This document shows, piece after piece, positions 15,694-28,910 of a stretch of DNA of 64,000 bases. The DNA comes from the human T2T-CHM13v2.0 reference genome, Homo sapiens. The stretch lies in NCBI RefSeq assembly GCF_009914755.1, contig NC_060934.1; one strand, written 5' to 3'. Every line of letters starts with the position of its first letter. The stretch's first letter is position 1. A model generated the notes under the pieces. The model was not told the origin of the DNA. It searched no databases and saw nothing but the letters and a program-made list of their open reading frames with translations. The position numbers were made by a program, and so were the translations under genes.

Positions 15694-18149
15694 ATTTGGT
15701 GAAGCGTTTTAAGTAATTTCCATTGGTTAGCTGCAGGCAAAACTATTTTTCCTTCTTCGGTGGCTAGCCCTCCCGAGAGGAGGAAACTATGTCCTTGTGA
15801 GGTTCCCCAATCTATTTCTTCTGTTGAGTACTGGTGCTTTGTTTCCTTGAGGGGATTACTCCATACCAGGGGTCCTTCTATAAGCATTTCTAATGGAGGG
15901 TCCAGCCTTGTGGCTCTTTTGGCTTCAATATCCGCTTGGTAGTTCCCTTCTATTTCCCTTTCCTTTCCTTTCTGATGACCCCAGCAGTGTAAGACTGCCA
16001 TCTCTTTAGGTTTCTGTACAGCCAAGAATAATCTCCTAATGGCTTCCCGATGTTTGATAGGTGTTCCCTCTGAAATTAGGAATTCCCTTTCTCTCCATAT
16101 TGCTGCGTGGTCATGGAGAAGTAGGTAAGCATACTTACAGTCTGTATATATATTTACCCTTTTTTCTTCTCCTAATTCTAGTGCCCTAGTGAGGGCTATT
16201 AGTTCTGCCAGCTGAGTGCTAGTTCCTGGAGTGAGGGGATTACTTTCAAGTATTCCATTATTACCGACCACTGCATACCCTGCTTTTTGAAGTCCTTTTT
16301 CTACAAAGAACTTCCATTAGTATACAAGTTGAGGTTGGGATCAGTCAAGGGAAACTCTAGAAGGTCCCCTCGAGTGGTGTAGGTTTGAGCAATCACCTGT
16401 CGACAGTTATGTTCTATCTTTTATCGTTTGGAAGAAATGTGGCTGGGTTAAGAGTTGCACAAGTGCGCAGTCACAGCACTGGCCCTTTAAGTAATAGAGC
16501 CTGATATTTAAGCAAACGGTTGCCTGACAGCAACAAGTCTCCTTTAGCAGTGAGTATGCCGTTTACATCATGAGATGTCCACACAGTAAGATCTCTTCCC
16601 TGTATTATTTTAACTGCTTCAGATACTAAGACTGCTATTGCTGCCACTACCCATAAACAATGAGGCCAACTCTTTGCCGTTACATCATTTTCCTTACTTA
16701 GGTATGCCACAGGTTGCAAGCTGGTGTCTTGGACCTGTGTAAGGACTCCTAGAGCTATTCCTGTTTTTTTCTGTGACATACAAAGAAAAGTCTTGCCCCG
16801 TCGGCAAGCTTAACACTGGGGCTTGGGTTAGGGCCTTCTTTAGGGCCTGGAAAGCTGCTCTGCTTCAAGTGTCCATCTTACTAAATGGGTATTGGCTTTC
16901 TGAGTTTCCTTAATTAGTGTATACAATGGCCTGGCTATTTCGCCGTACCTGGGAATCCATATTCGGCAGAAGCCTGTTATGCCAAGGAACCCTCTTAGTT
17001 GCTTTAAGGTTTTGGGATAAGGATGAGCCAGTATAGGCTGGATACATTCCTTACTGAGGGCCCTGGTGCCTTTGGATACTTTTAGCCCTAAGTATTTAAC
17101 CTGCTGTGAGCAGAGCTGAACCTTTGTTTTGGAAATCTTGTAGCCACAGGTGGCAAGGAAATTTAAGAGTGCTTGGGTGGCTTGATGGCACAAGGTTTCT
17201 GAATGGGTGGCTAAAAGTAAATCATCCATGTACCAAAGGACAAGAGTGTCCAGGTATGAAAACTGGCTCAAGTCTTGGGCTAATGCCTGGACAATTAGAT
17301 GGGGGCTATCCGTGAACCAGGTGAGTTGAGATATTAGGTTCGAAGGATCTTCAAAGGCAAAAAAGAATTGAGAGTCAGGATATACAGGATGCAGGAAAAA
17401 GCATCCTTAAGGTCCAGGACTGTAAACCACTCTCCTTCCTCTGGTATTTAGGAAAGCAGAGTGTAAAGGTTAGGTACAGCTTGGTATAGAGGGACAATGG
17501 CCTCATTGATAATACTGAGATCTTGCACTAACCTCCACTGTCCATTAGGTTTCTGTACTCCTAAAATTGGAGTATCAGAGGGGCTACTGCATGGTTTTAC
17601 TAGGCCTTGGGCTTTTAGGTCCTTAACAATCTTTTGGAGTCCTTGTTGGGCCTCAGGTCTAAGGGGGTACTGCCTTTGGTAGGGAAAGGGGGCGGAATCC
17701 TTTAGTTTAACTTGAACAGGAGAGGCATTCTTTGCTCATCCATATTGTCCTTCTGTTGCCCAGACTTCAGGATTAATTCCTTCCTCAAGCAGGGAACAAT
17801 AAACGAGTGTTCCTTCTCCTGTGTTCAGGTGTATAATGGCCTCTGCTTTTGCTAGAATGTCTCTCCCTAACAAGGGAGTGGGGCTTTCAGGCATAATTAG
17901 AAAAGCATGTGAAAAGAGTAAAGTTCCCCAGTTACAACTTAGTGGCTGGGAGAAGCATCTAGTTACTGGCTGTCCTAGGACCCCTCAGATAGTGACAGAT
18001 CTGGAGGACAGTTGTCCAGGACAGGAGAGTAAGACTAAGAAGGCCACGCCAATGTCCAGGAGATGGTTAACCTCCTGGCCCTCAATGGTCAAACATACCC
18101 GGGGCTCTGTGAGGGTGATGGCATGGGCTGGCGCTTGCCCCGGGCACCC
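15694..18149 (-). pseudogene. pol: HERV-W pro-pol remnant (protease, RT, RNase H; integrase deleted), disrupted
   Basis: Protease motif degraded to LLDIG, RT YMDD at 17221-17232, RNase H motifs AELIAL / IYTDCKY / GNYQAD in the 15648-16271 ORF. Contains stops and frameshifts. Confidence 0.92.
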
Positions 18150-19177
18150 TCTGTCCTGCTGCTGGATCATCTGGTTAGTGGCTTCTGACTCAGAGGACCT
18201 TCATCCCCTGGGGCAATGGGCCTTCCAGTGATTCCCTTGACATAAGGGGCATGGACAAGGGGGCGGTTTATTTCTATTCGGACAATCTTTTTTAAAGTGT
18301 CCTTGGAGACCGCACTGGAAGCAAGCCCTATTAGGCATTCGATTTGCCCAGGCTTTCCGCGTTCCAGAGCCTCCAAAGTCCGCTTGCCCGAGGGCCATGA
18401 CTAAAGTGGTGGCCTTTTTCTTACCTCGTTTGTCCCGTTCCGCCTGCTCCTCCTGATCTCTATTATAAAAAACAGAGGTTGCCAAGTTCAATAGGGTTTT
18501 TAAGTTTCGCTCTGGGCCTAAGGTGGACTTTTGAAGTTTTTCTTTAATGTCTGCAGCTGACTGAGTGATAAACTTATCCTTTAAAATTAGTTGGCCTTCA
18601 ATAGAGTCAGGTGACAGAGAGGTATGCTTCCTCAGTGCCTCCCTTAGTCTGTCCAGAAAGGCAGTAGGATTTTCTTCCTTTTCCTGTGTTATAGTGGACA
18701 TCATTGAATAATTCATAGGCTTCTTCCTAGTTTTCCTTAGTCCTTCTAGCACGCAAGTTAGCAAATGTCTGCTGCACTAATCTCCATGTTCTGATTCTGC
18801 GTTCCAATGAGGGTCTACATTGGGAACTGCCTGCTGGCCTGTGGAGAATCGTTCTCTTTCCTCTGTTGTCATCCTTTCATTGACCTGACTGAGATACCCG
18901 AGATCGCCAAACTCGTGGGCTGCAGTTATGGTGGTACTTCTCTTATTTGGGGTTAGTGTCTGATCTAGCAGTAACATTATATCTCTCATGTCAGATTAAA
19001 GTTTTGTCCTAACCCTTGTAAAATGTCAATATAGATATCAGGGTTATTTGAGAATTTACCTAGGCCTATTTTAATTTGCTTTAAGTCTGACAGGGAAAAA
19101 GGTACATACACTCTGACTGGGCCAAATTCTCCAGAATACATCTTAGGGGCATTTGCCTTAGGGGGAATGCTTCCCAT
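18150..19177 (-). pseudogene. gag: HERV-W gag remnant (matrix deleted; capsid and nucleocapsid present)
   Basis: ATG-GGA at 19177, capsid major homology region QEKEENPTAFLDRLREAL, zinc knuckles CFQCGLQGHFKKDC and CPLCQGNHWKAHC. Stops at 18986, 18777 and 18201. Confidence 0.92.
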
Positions 19178-19884
19178 CTGAAAAAAAAAACAAAACAAAA
19201 AACAAAACAAAAAAATCACAGGGATGCCAGCACCCCTAGTCATTTTCCGATGAGCATTAGTCCTAGAGCGTCCTCTATGGTCTTAATGCTTATTCCTTTC
19301 CAGGGTGCATAACCACCCATGGACCTCTGCTTATCGGATTAGTTACACTCACCATGTAGCAGTCCTGCACCCCTTTTCCCACCTTCCTTGATCACAAAGA
19401 AAGGGGTCTGGGCTGCTGGACTCCAGTGGTCCTTTACCAGCATGCCCAACATTGCCTTTGTGCTCAGTGGTGAGTCCTAGAGCTGGGGTGGGTTCCAGAG
19501 TATTTCATAACAACCCAGTTGCCCCATTAAGATGCATTCCCACAAACAACAGTTCTTATGCAAATTCGTTTCAGAGAGGGTGTAGGTAACCTTTTGAGTC
19601 AGGATTGAGATAGAGTTTTTTGATTCTTTAAGCAGTTTAAGGCTTGGCTGAGTGCAAACAGCTCCAGCGTTTGAGCAGACCAATTATTTGGCAATTCTCC
19701 TAATTCTGCTTCCACAAGAGTCTCCCTATCAATTAGTGAATACCCATTGTGGTTTTTTTCTCAATCACCTGGGAGCAACCATCTATCGTCCTGTCCTGAA
19801 GGGAGTTCCTCCTAGGTCTGGTCAGACCTTTGTATGGTAGGGATAGGACAGAATAGCAAGTAAAAGTGGTCCAATATTACTCAC
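19178..19884 (-). other. HERV-W leader intron (major splice donor to pre-gag acceptor)
   Basis: GTG|GTGAGT donor just after the PBS and a long T-rich tract ending CAG|ATG at the gag start. Confidence 0.65.
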
Positions 19885-19894
19885 CACTTTGGAT

Positions 19895-19912
19895 GTCCCT
19901 TCATGGTCACCA
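19895..19912 (-). promoter_or_regulatory. Primer binding site, tRNA-Arg(UCG)-like
   Basis: TGGTGACCATGAAGGGAC, 3 nt after the 5' LTR. Equals TGGCGACCACGAAGGGAC with two CpG transitions. Confidence 0.8.
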
Positions 19913-19915
19913 AAA

Positions 19916-20675
<760 letters not shown>

Positions 20676-20956
20676 CAATGGCATCACAGACAGCATGGGC
20701 CATGGGATCAGAGAAGCTACAGAGAAGTCATGGGAGTCTAAGCCTGACCTTAGGAGAATAGATTTAGCCAGAGGTGTCAGTGCTGACAGGAACATGAGAA
20801 GGCAAACTCAAATTCCTGGATTTCTAAGTGTTGTGCAACAAATTGTGCCCCAAACCCCAACCACAATCCATAATGTTGACCTTCTAATGCTCAGTAACTC
20901 AGAATGTAACTGTATTTGTAGATAAGGTCCTTAAAGAGGTCATTGAGTTAAAATGA

Positions 20957-21119
<163 letters not shown>

Positions 21120-21252
21120 TAGCTGGGATTACGGGTGCCCACTACTGCACCTGGCTAATTTTGTATTTTTAGTAGACATGAGGTTTCACCATCTTGGCCA
21201 GGCTGGTTTCGAACTCCTGACTTCGTGATACCTCAGCCTCCCAAAGTGCTGG

Positions 21253-22623
21253 TGAGAGGTGACAGCATGCTGGCAGCCCTCGCAGCCCTCGCTGGCTCTT
21301 GGCGCCTCCTTGGCCTCGGTGCCCACTCTGTCTGCTTGAGGAGCCCTTCAGCCTGCCGCTGCACTGCGGGAGCCCCTTCCTGGGATGGCCAAGGCAGGAG
21401 CCGGCTCCCTCAGCCTGTGGGGAGGTGTGGAGGGAGAGGCACGGGCGGGAACCGGGGCTGCACACGGTGCTTGAGGGCCAGCTAGAATTCCTGGTGGGCA
21501 TGGGCTCGGCAGGCCCCGCACTCAGAGCGGCCCCGGGCAATGAGGGGCTTAGCACCTGGGCCAGCAACTGCTGTGCTCGATTTCTCGTGGGCCTTAACTG
21601 CCTCCCCACGAGGCAGGGCTCGGGACCTGCAGCCTGCCATGCCTGAGCTCCCCCCGCCCCCCACCGTGGTCTCTGGCGCCGCGGGAGCCTCCCCTATGAG
21701 CACCACCCCCTGCTCCACAGTACCCAGTCCCATCGACCGCCCAAGGGCTGAGGAGTGCGGGTGCACGGTGCTGGACTGGCAGGCAGCTCCACCTGCAGCC
21801 CTGGTGCGGGATCCACTGGGTGAAGCCAGCTGGGCTCCTGAGTCTGGTGGGGCTTTGGATAATCTTTATGTCTAGCTAAGGGATTGTAAATACTCCAATC
21901 AGCACTCTGTATCTAGCTCAAGGTTTGTAAACACACCAATCAGCACCCTGTGTCTAGCTCAGGGTTTGTGAATGCACCAATTGACACTCTGTATCTAGTT
22001 AATCTAGTGGGGACCTGGAGAACTTTTGTGTCTAGCTCAGGGATTGTAAATGCACCAATCAGCACCCTGTCAAAACAGACCAATCAGCTCTCTGTAAAAC
22101 AGACCAATGGGCTCTCTGTAAAATGGAACAATCAGCAGGATGTGGGTGGGGCCAGATAAGAGAATAAAAGCAGGCTGTCCCAGCCAGCAGTGGCAACCTG
22201 CTTGGGTCCCCTTCAATACTGTGGAAGCTTTGTTCTTTCATTCTTTGCAATAAATGTTGCTACTGCTCACTCTTTGGGTCCACACTGCCTTTATGAACTG
22301 TAACACTCACTGCGAAGGTCTGCAGCTTCACTCCTGAGGCCAGTGAGACCACGAACCCACTGGGAGAAATGAACAACTATGGACGCACTGTCCTAAGAGC
22401 TGTAACACTCACCACGAAGGTCTGCAGCTTCACTCCTGAAGCCAGCGAGACCACAAACCCACCAGAAGGAAGAAACTTCGAACACGTCCAAACATCAGAA
22501 GGAACGAACTCCAGACACGCCGCCTTTTAGAACTGTGACACTCAAACGGCAACACTCACCGCGAGGGTCCACGGCTTCATTCTTGAAGTCAGTGAAACCA
22601 AGAACCCACCAATTCCGGAAACA
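21253..22623 (+). mobile_element. LTR12C (ERV9) solo LTR
   Basis: TGAGAGGTGACAGCATGCTGGCAG...CCACCAATTCCGGAAACA with TSD CTGG (21249-21252, 22624-22627). GC-rich 5' part, tandem CCAAT enhancer repeats, U5 repeats. Confidence 0.95.
21870..22170 (+). promoter_or_regulatory. LTR12 U3 enhancer/promoter (NF-Y CCAAT array, GATA site, AATAAAA TATA-like box)
   Basis: Six CCAAT boxes between about 21895 and 22108, AGATAAG at 22154-22160, AATAAAA at 22163-22169. Matches the established ERV9 LTR promoter layout. Confidence 0.75.
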
Positions 22624-23840
22624 CTGGGATTACATGCCAGTGCCCAGCCGGTTGTCCTTTTAAGAACAGGAGATTAGGATGCACAGAGAGACACCAGGGA
22701 TGTGGGTGCACAAAAGGGTGACTATGTGAAGAGGCAGAAAGAGGGCAGCCATCCACGAGCCAAGCAGAGAGACCACAGGAGAAACCAAGCCCGCTAATGC
22801 CTTGATCTTGGATGTTCAGCTTCGAGAACTGTGGAAAATAAATTTCTGTTGTTTAAGCCACCCAATCAGAGGTATTTTGTTATGGCAGTGCTAACAAACG
22901 AATATGCTAAATTCCTGGATAATCAGTTTGGCACCTAAAAGCTGAGGGGTTTGTCAGTAAAGGGATTGTACCCTAATAAGGTGTTCCTGCTTGAAGTAAG
23001 TAAAATTCTCCCTTATGGATATTTTTCCCTAATCAGAAGGTTGGAATTGGCTACTATTTCCAGAAGAGTGAAGTAACCCTCCTCAATATGCCACTTGCTT
23101 TTTTAGTTGGAAAGACTATTAGCTATGTATTACCGGCACATAAAGAGAATTGTTTGTGACAGTGATCTAGCAAATATCAAAATTTGCCTCAGCAAAGAGT
23201 TAAAAAGCAAAGCAAAACAAAAAATCCTTGATATTTAAAGAGCTTGTGTCCCTTACTCCAGAAAAAATTTTCTGCAATTCAAAAAGTTTTCTGCATCAGG
23301 CTTTGTGCTGGCTTCAACAGAGGATATATACTCAATTGGAATAGGGCTTTAAATTGGTTTCATGACAAAGGCTATGAATTTTACTAGGTGACTCAAATTA
23401 TTCATGAGAGAGAGAAGATCTTGATTTATGCTCTAGTTTTGTGTAAATTTCATTTTTGTAAAGTAAATCACTTTTCCCATTGACTCACATTACAACTTGA
23501 GAGACTCTTTATCTTCTTTTCTGAGTAACCTCCTATTGACAAAGGCTTTTTGCACTTCTGTGCAAGCATTTAATGACCTAAAAGCAAACTCTTAAATGAA
23601 GCATAACTATTTTCAGAAACTGCAAGAAAACCATATATTCATCCAACAAACATAGCAAGCACTGAATGCCAACTAAGTGGCAGAGGCTGTGGATTCAAAG
23701 ACACTGACCTCCTGTCTTCAAGATCTTTACTGTCTTTGGTAGATTGAAAAAGTCTTTTGAGAAGCAAATAATCAGCCCTCACATGCAAATGCTCTGTAAT
23801 ATACATATATTGGATGTTCTTAAAAATTGAATTATATAAC

Positions 23841-24373
23841 TGTCAAAAATAAGCAAGACTAGATAACTACTTAAAGTGGTAAGTATAGATATTTATCAGC
23901 AATAGCTATTATAACAGGGAAAAGTACCCAGCCTGAACTGAACTCAATTTCAATTTGTACAGGGGTGACTGGGGATTTTAAAGGGAGAATGAGGGAGTAG
24001 GGAGGGAAGTGAAAAATTATAAAAAGCTGCATGAGGTTGGTCCATGTTCATTCCCTTTGGGCTCAGTAGTTGTAGCTTATCCAAGGTACAGTTCTTTCCC
24101 TGCTTCTCCACCCCAGAGACTTTGGAGACAGGACTTGTATCTACATGGTGGCTGGAAAAAACAGTAAATGCTTTGGGCAGTCTTGAGTTTTCTCAGGCAG
24201 GCACTTTAAGCAGGGCTAGGGTCATCCCTAGGGTCATTAACGGATATGGCCTTCAGCTGTTAGAAATGATACTAGAATGTGTTCAAGTCTTTATTGGCCA
24301 AGGTTGAAGCCTAGTTCAGAAGAGAGCTCAAAGGAGCCTGGCTGAAGTTTGGTCAAGGAGAGAATCTTTGTCA
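23841..24373 (-). mobile_element. MER67-like ERV1 solo LTR
   Basis: Minus strand begins TGACAAAGATTCTCTCCTTGACCAAACTT and contains CTTAAAGTGCCTGCCTGAGAAAACTCAAG. Confidence 0.75.
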
Positions 24374-24649
24374 AACACCATAAAGAATTTCGTCATTGTT
24401 TGCTCAGATCCAGTCTCGTAGACACCACTAAAATTGATGTCATGTGTATCACCAGCATTTCCATGATCATTTTATTGCTTTGGATGTACAGGAATTCTTA
24501 ATCTGGAATTAAGTACTTTAAAAGGTGTATTACCTAAAATTGATGTAATATCAAATGTGTATGTGTACATGTAGATTTTTCTGGGAAGAGAGTTCATTAC
24601 TTTCATCAAATTTGCAAAAGAATCTCTGACACTAAAAATGATTCTTTTG

Positions 24650-24783
24650 GGCTGGGAGTAGTGCCTCACACCTGTAATCCTAGTACTTTGGGAGGCCAAG
24701 GCAGGAGGATAACTGGAGGCCAGGAGTTCAAGACCAGCCTGGGCAAGAGTGAGGACCTGTCTCTATAAAAAATTTAATAAAAA
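24650..24783 (+). mobile_element. FLAM / AluJ left monomer
   Basis: Single Alu arm with an A-rich tail. Confidence 0.85.
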
Positions 24784-24999
24784 GTATTTTAAAAATATTA
24801 TTTATTGTCTTGGTCCAGTATCCACAGATAATATTTCTAAGAATCCAGCTTCACTACAAACAATTTGAGAGAATTTATTTCTATACAAGAAGCATTTATT
24901 GAAAACCTAACATGGTCATTGCATTGCACTAGCCCTTGTAGGGTCAATGTGGAATCTTGAGATAGATCTGAAGAAACCATAACATTAAAAAAAAAATTA

Positions 25000-25119
25000 A
25001 ATAGAGGTGGGGTTCCACTATGTTGCCCAGGCTAGTCTCACACTCCCAGGTTCAAGTGATCCTCCGACCTTGGCCTTCCAAAGTGCTAGGATTACCAGTG
25101 TGAGCCACTGCGCTTGGCT
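25000..25119 (-). mobile_element. FLAM / AluJ left monomer
   Basis: Single antisense Alu arm. Confidence 0.85.
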
Positions 25120-26367
25120 GGTAGCATTTTTTTTTTTTTTAAATGAGGGAATGGGTGTGGGGTGGGTAAGGCTAGTTGACAGGAATAGCATCAGGATGGA
25201 CAGTTGCCATGAACAGCTAATAGTTCTATTAGGAACTATATAATATTTGTGCAGAAATCTTATTAAACATCGATGGCTAGTTACGTAAGGGAATTTTAAA
25301 AATATTGTGCCAGCCTGTAAGTAGTAAGCAATTATTGACTTGAAATGTTTTATTGCATGGAAAGCATTACTAACATAGAGTATTTTCCATTTTCTAGTCA
25401 AGTTTTTCCTCATTATTTCTCTTGGGCTAATATTGTTTGGACACAATGAACACATTAACAGTACCCACCCTTGAATGCTCTTTAGAAAAACACAAAGTAT
25501 TTATTGATTCTTTATGGGTTTTTATACCTAATTAAAGCTGGTTAGAATCAACAACCTTAACAACAATGTGTTGTATTCTCCCTGCTGCTAAAAAACAGCA
25601 GGAAAACATTTTTTAAGCAACAGAGTCATGCTGCAAGTTAGAAGTAAATGAGCACTTTCCAACAATAAGATCTGCGAAATTACTGCATTTATATCCTTTC
25701 CTTAATCCCTATTATGAAGATCATACAATGAAGAATATCTCTGTATAATGAAGGCTGTTGCTAACTCAAACACGATACCACAAAGCAGGATGCCATCTGT
25801 TAGAATAATGTTGGAACCTCTAATTTTACAATTGTTGGGAGCCCATCATTACTTTTCTATTTATTTAAAATATATATTCAAAAACTTAATGCTTCAAGCT
25901 TCATAATAAGGCTTTGGTGATAAGTTCTATAAAAACATGTCACTATACTTTTCTCTGTGCTTGTCAGGCAATGTCTTTTACAAAGGAACAAAGGAAACCT
26001 CTAATATTGAATCCAAGACATTCATAACTCAAAGAAAACAGATTGACAAAAACAGTCTATCAATTTTATTTATTGTGAGTTCTGGTACATGGAGTGGATG
26101 TTTGGACTCCATTATAGGAGTGGTGGATGTTGTAGCATTCTGGTCTTGATTCTTCAAGCTGTGTGAGCACTCTCACCCTGGGTCATTCTCAGGCAACTTG
26201 TTTCCCTAAAGGCACAGCAGACAGGCAGGAGCTCAGTTATTTCAGAGAATCTGGGAAAATGAAGAACATCAGTTGAGATCCAGGGGGCTTATCATACTGC
26301 TGAGTATAGCTGCTGGCTAGCAGAAGCCATAGGAAGCTGATTTGTCAGCTATCTGAAGGAAGACTTT

Positions 26368-26665
<298 letters not shown>

Positions 26666-28631
26666 TAAATATATTTTAGCTATGAACAGAGGTCGAGGTC
26701 AGAGACAGAAGAAGGAGCAAACGTCCATTCCTGGGCAAACAACCTCAGAGATATGCTATGATCACGCAGCTCTTGAGGGGAGCAGGATTGAGATTAGAAC
26801 TCAGGCTCCCTGGACTTTCAGTCCAATATTTTTGCCCTTTGGTGTTATGGTGCCTAATTGCAGACGCCATTCTATGTTTTCATTTCTGAGCAGATCTCCA
26901 CCACTTCAGAGTTTCTTGCCTTTTTCTAAAGAGTTCCAATGACAGGGTTCTCCACGGAACCCATGCTTCCACCAGTTTGACCATTCGATTTTAATACCAA
27001 CTCTCTCTTCCGCTTCTCCTCCAAATTTGTTTATAAGTCCTCTTCCACTTTTCTTTCCTCACATTTCCTTCCCATATTCACAAGAAACAGGTAACATAAG
27101 ATGGAAGAAGAGCTCAATGTACCATTTTTTATTTATTTCTTCTCTTTTTCAAGTTCTAGGGATAAAGACTTCAGAGGAAATCATGCAAACTTACAGACTC
27201 TTTCCCTCTTGGCTACAACGATGACTACCTATAGCTCACTGCCTGGTCCTCAGGCTTTGCCTGTCTGTTTTGGTGTCCTCATCTCTGAGACAGAGATAAT
27301 ACTGTACCTCTAAGCAGAGGGGCAGATAATTTAACTGATGATTGTTAGGTATTTCCTTTCTTGGCCAGTCAGCTGCAGTCCCTCTCTATTTCAAGGGCAA
27401 GTTACAGCTTAAAGAGAACAACAGCATCACCTGACAACACTTAGAAGAAATGTATTCTGTACAGAAAGTGCATTTCCTTATACTCTGAGGCTTTCTTCTC
27501 ACAAAGGCTGTTTATCTATCACAGCTCAGAAGGTTGTGCAGTTGAATTTCCTAATGTGACAGCTGGGTGTTCCAATATACAGATGTCCCGGGAGCCAGGG
27601 TGGTGGCAGAATGAGGGGAGCTGGTCCAGAGGTAATGTAGGGACCACCAGTAAATACCCTTCCCGGGTGCTTGGGTGGCTTGGATGCCGTGTAGTCTATC
27701 ACTCTCCCAGGCAGAGCTGCCTCCAAGTCGGGAATATTGTCAACAATTCTGAACTGCACATTTGGAGGTGGTGAAATATTACAGTAAACATGTGATTTTT
27801 ATTTTTCTAATATTCCTTGCTTCCCTGCTGCTGTCTATGTCTTCTCTTCCACACTCAGCCACATCGGTTCCTGTTGCTCATTTGGCATTCCTGGCTTCAT
27901 AAATATAAATTTTATGGTTTACTTCCTTGACTCTATCTTAAATGCTTCCCACTCTGTCAGTTTCCCATGCATTTTTGAGCTACAGCCAGTTTTCTTTAAC
28001 AAGCTGTACGTTCCTTCACAGTCTGTTAAAAACCGCTATTTCTTTACTGCTGTCCTATAGACTCTTATCAATATTTTAAATCTTGTGATCACCAAGTTGC
28101 CTAAGAATAGCATCTGCAGTTAAATTAACAGGGATAAAATTACAAGATCTATCAATCTTTATGCTTCACAATGTAAGGAGGTCATTAACTGAGGTCAGGA
28201 GAAACTTTTCCCTGACAGCGAGCTCCTTCAGAATTAGTGCGTTATGAGAACATTTACAAATTAGTCTCATTATATTTAGGAGCATCTGGTATGAACCTCT
28301 TGTCACAATCATGATTCTGGGAAGGCAATTAATAGGTTCTTGTGAGTTCTCAGTAACCTCCAGCCTAATTTAAAAAAGAAATTTGGATGAATTTCAGCTA
28401 TTTTATCCAAAAAGACTTTTTCCCCACTCTCTATGGTTGTTAATCCAGCAGCCAAGAAGTCCATCATGAATTGTGGGTCTTGCTGTAATTGTATAAGTAG
28501 TGTCAGTTAACACAAGATGATAATGCCATTACTTGACTTTTCGTCACATATATCCTACACTTTCCAACTTACTATTGGTCACAGAGTCACAAAACACCAG
28601 AGCTGGAAGAGACAACAGGGGTCACCTTCTC

Positions 28632-28910
28632 CAGCATTTTCCAAAGCCCATTCTGCGGAACACCACTTCTGTGTCATGCTGTGAGGTGTGACTTTGCGGG
28701 GCAAAGATGTGTGGTCATATCATGGGGTTCAGCTAATTTAAACCACGTGACTTTTCTTTACCACATGACTTTTCAAAAACCATAGGATGTCAATGCCCTC
28801 TGAGTGTCTCCAAGAGAAGGAGACAGTATGCAGACTTCTTTATAGGTATTTAAACACAGAATTCTTTTGTCAATTTCTGTGCTTTGTAGCAGGTACTTTT
28901 GTAAATGCTG
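28632..28910. mobile_element. MER103-like hAT-Charlie element inserted in a MIR
   Basis: Ends CAGCATTTTCCAAAG...TTTGTAAATGCTG, internal TCTCCAAGAGAAGGAGACAGTATGCAG. MIR continues 28911-29050. Confidence 0.6.

Noticed and set aside
15648-16271. 207-aa RNase H ORF as a functional or domesticated gene
   Set aside because: No ATG start, the first catalytic motif upstream reads YTNGS and is frameshifted, and the C-terminus is out-of-frame env.
21253-21850. GC/CpG-rich stretch with overlapping ORFs resembling a CpG-island gene start
   Set aside because: Fully explained by the LTR12C 5' region. The ORFs are by-products of high GC content.
21870-22600. Periodic repeats of about 40 bp and 80-110 bp resembling a CRISPR-like array
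   Set aside because: These are the known LTR12 U3 enhancer and U5 tandem repeats. There are no unique spacers or cas genes, and the DNA is eukaryotic.
23380-23530. AP-1 motif cluster, and scattered octamer/CRE motifs elsewhere
   Set aside because: 7-8-bp motifs occur at about the chance rate in 64 kb of AT-rich DNA and cannot be supported without chromatin data.
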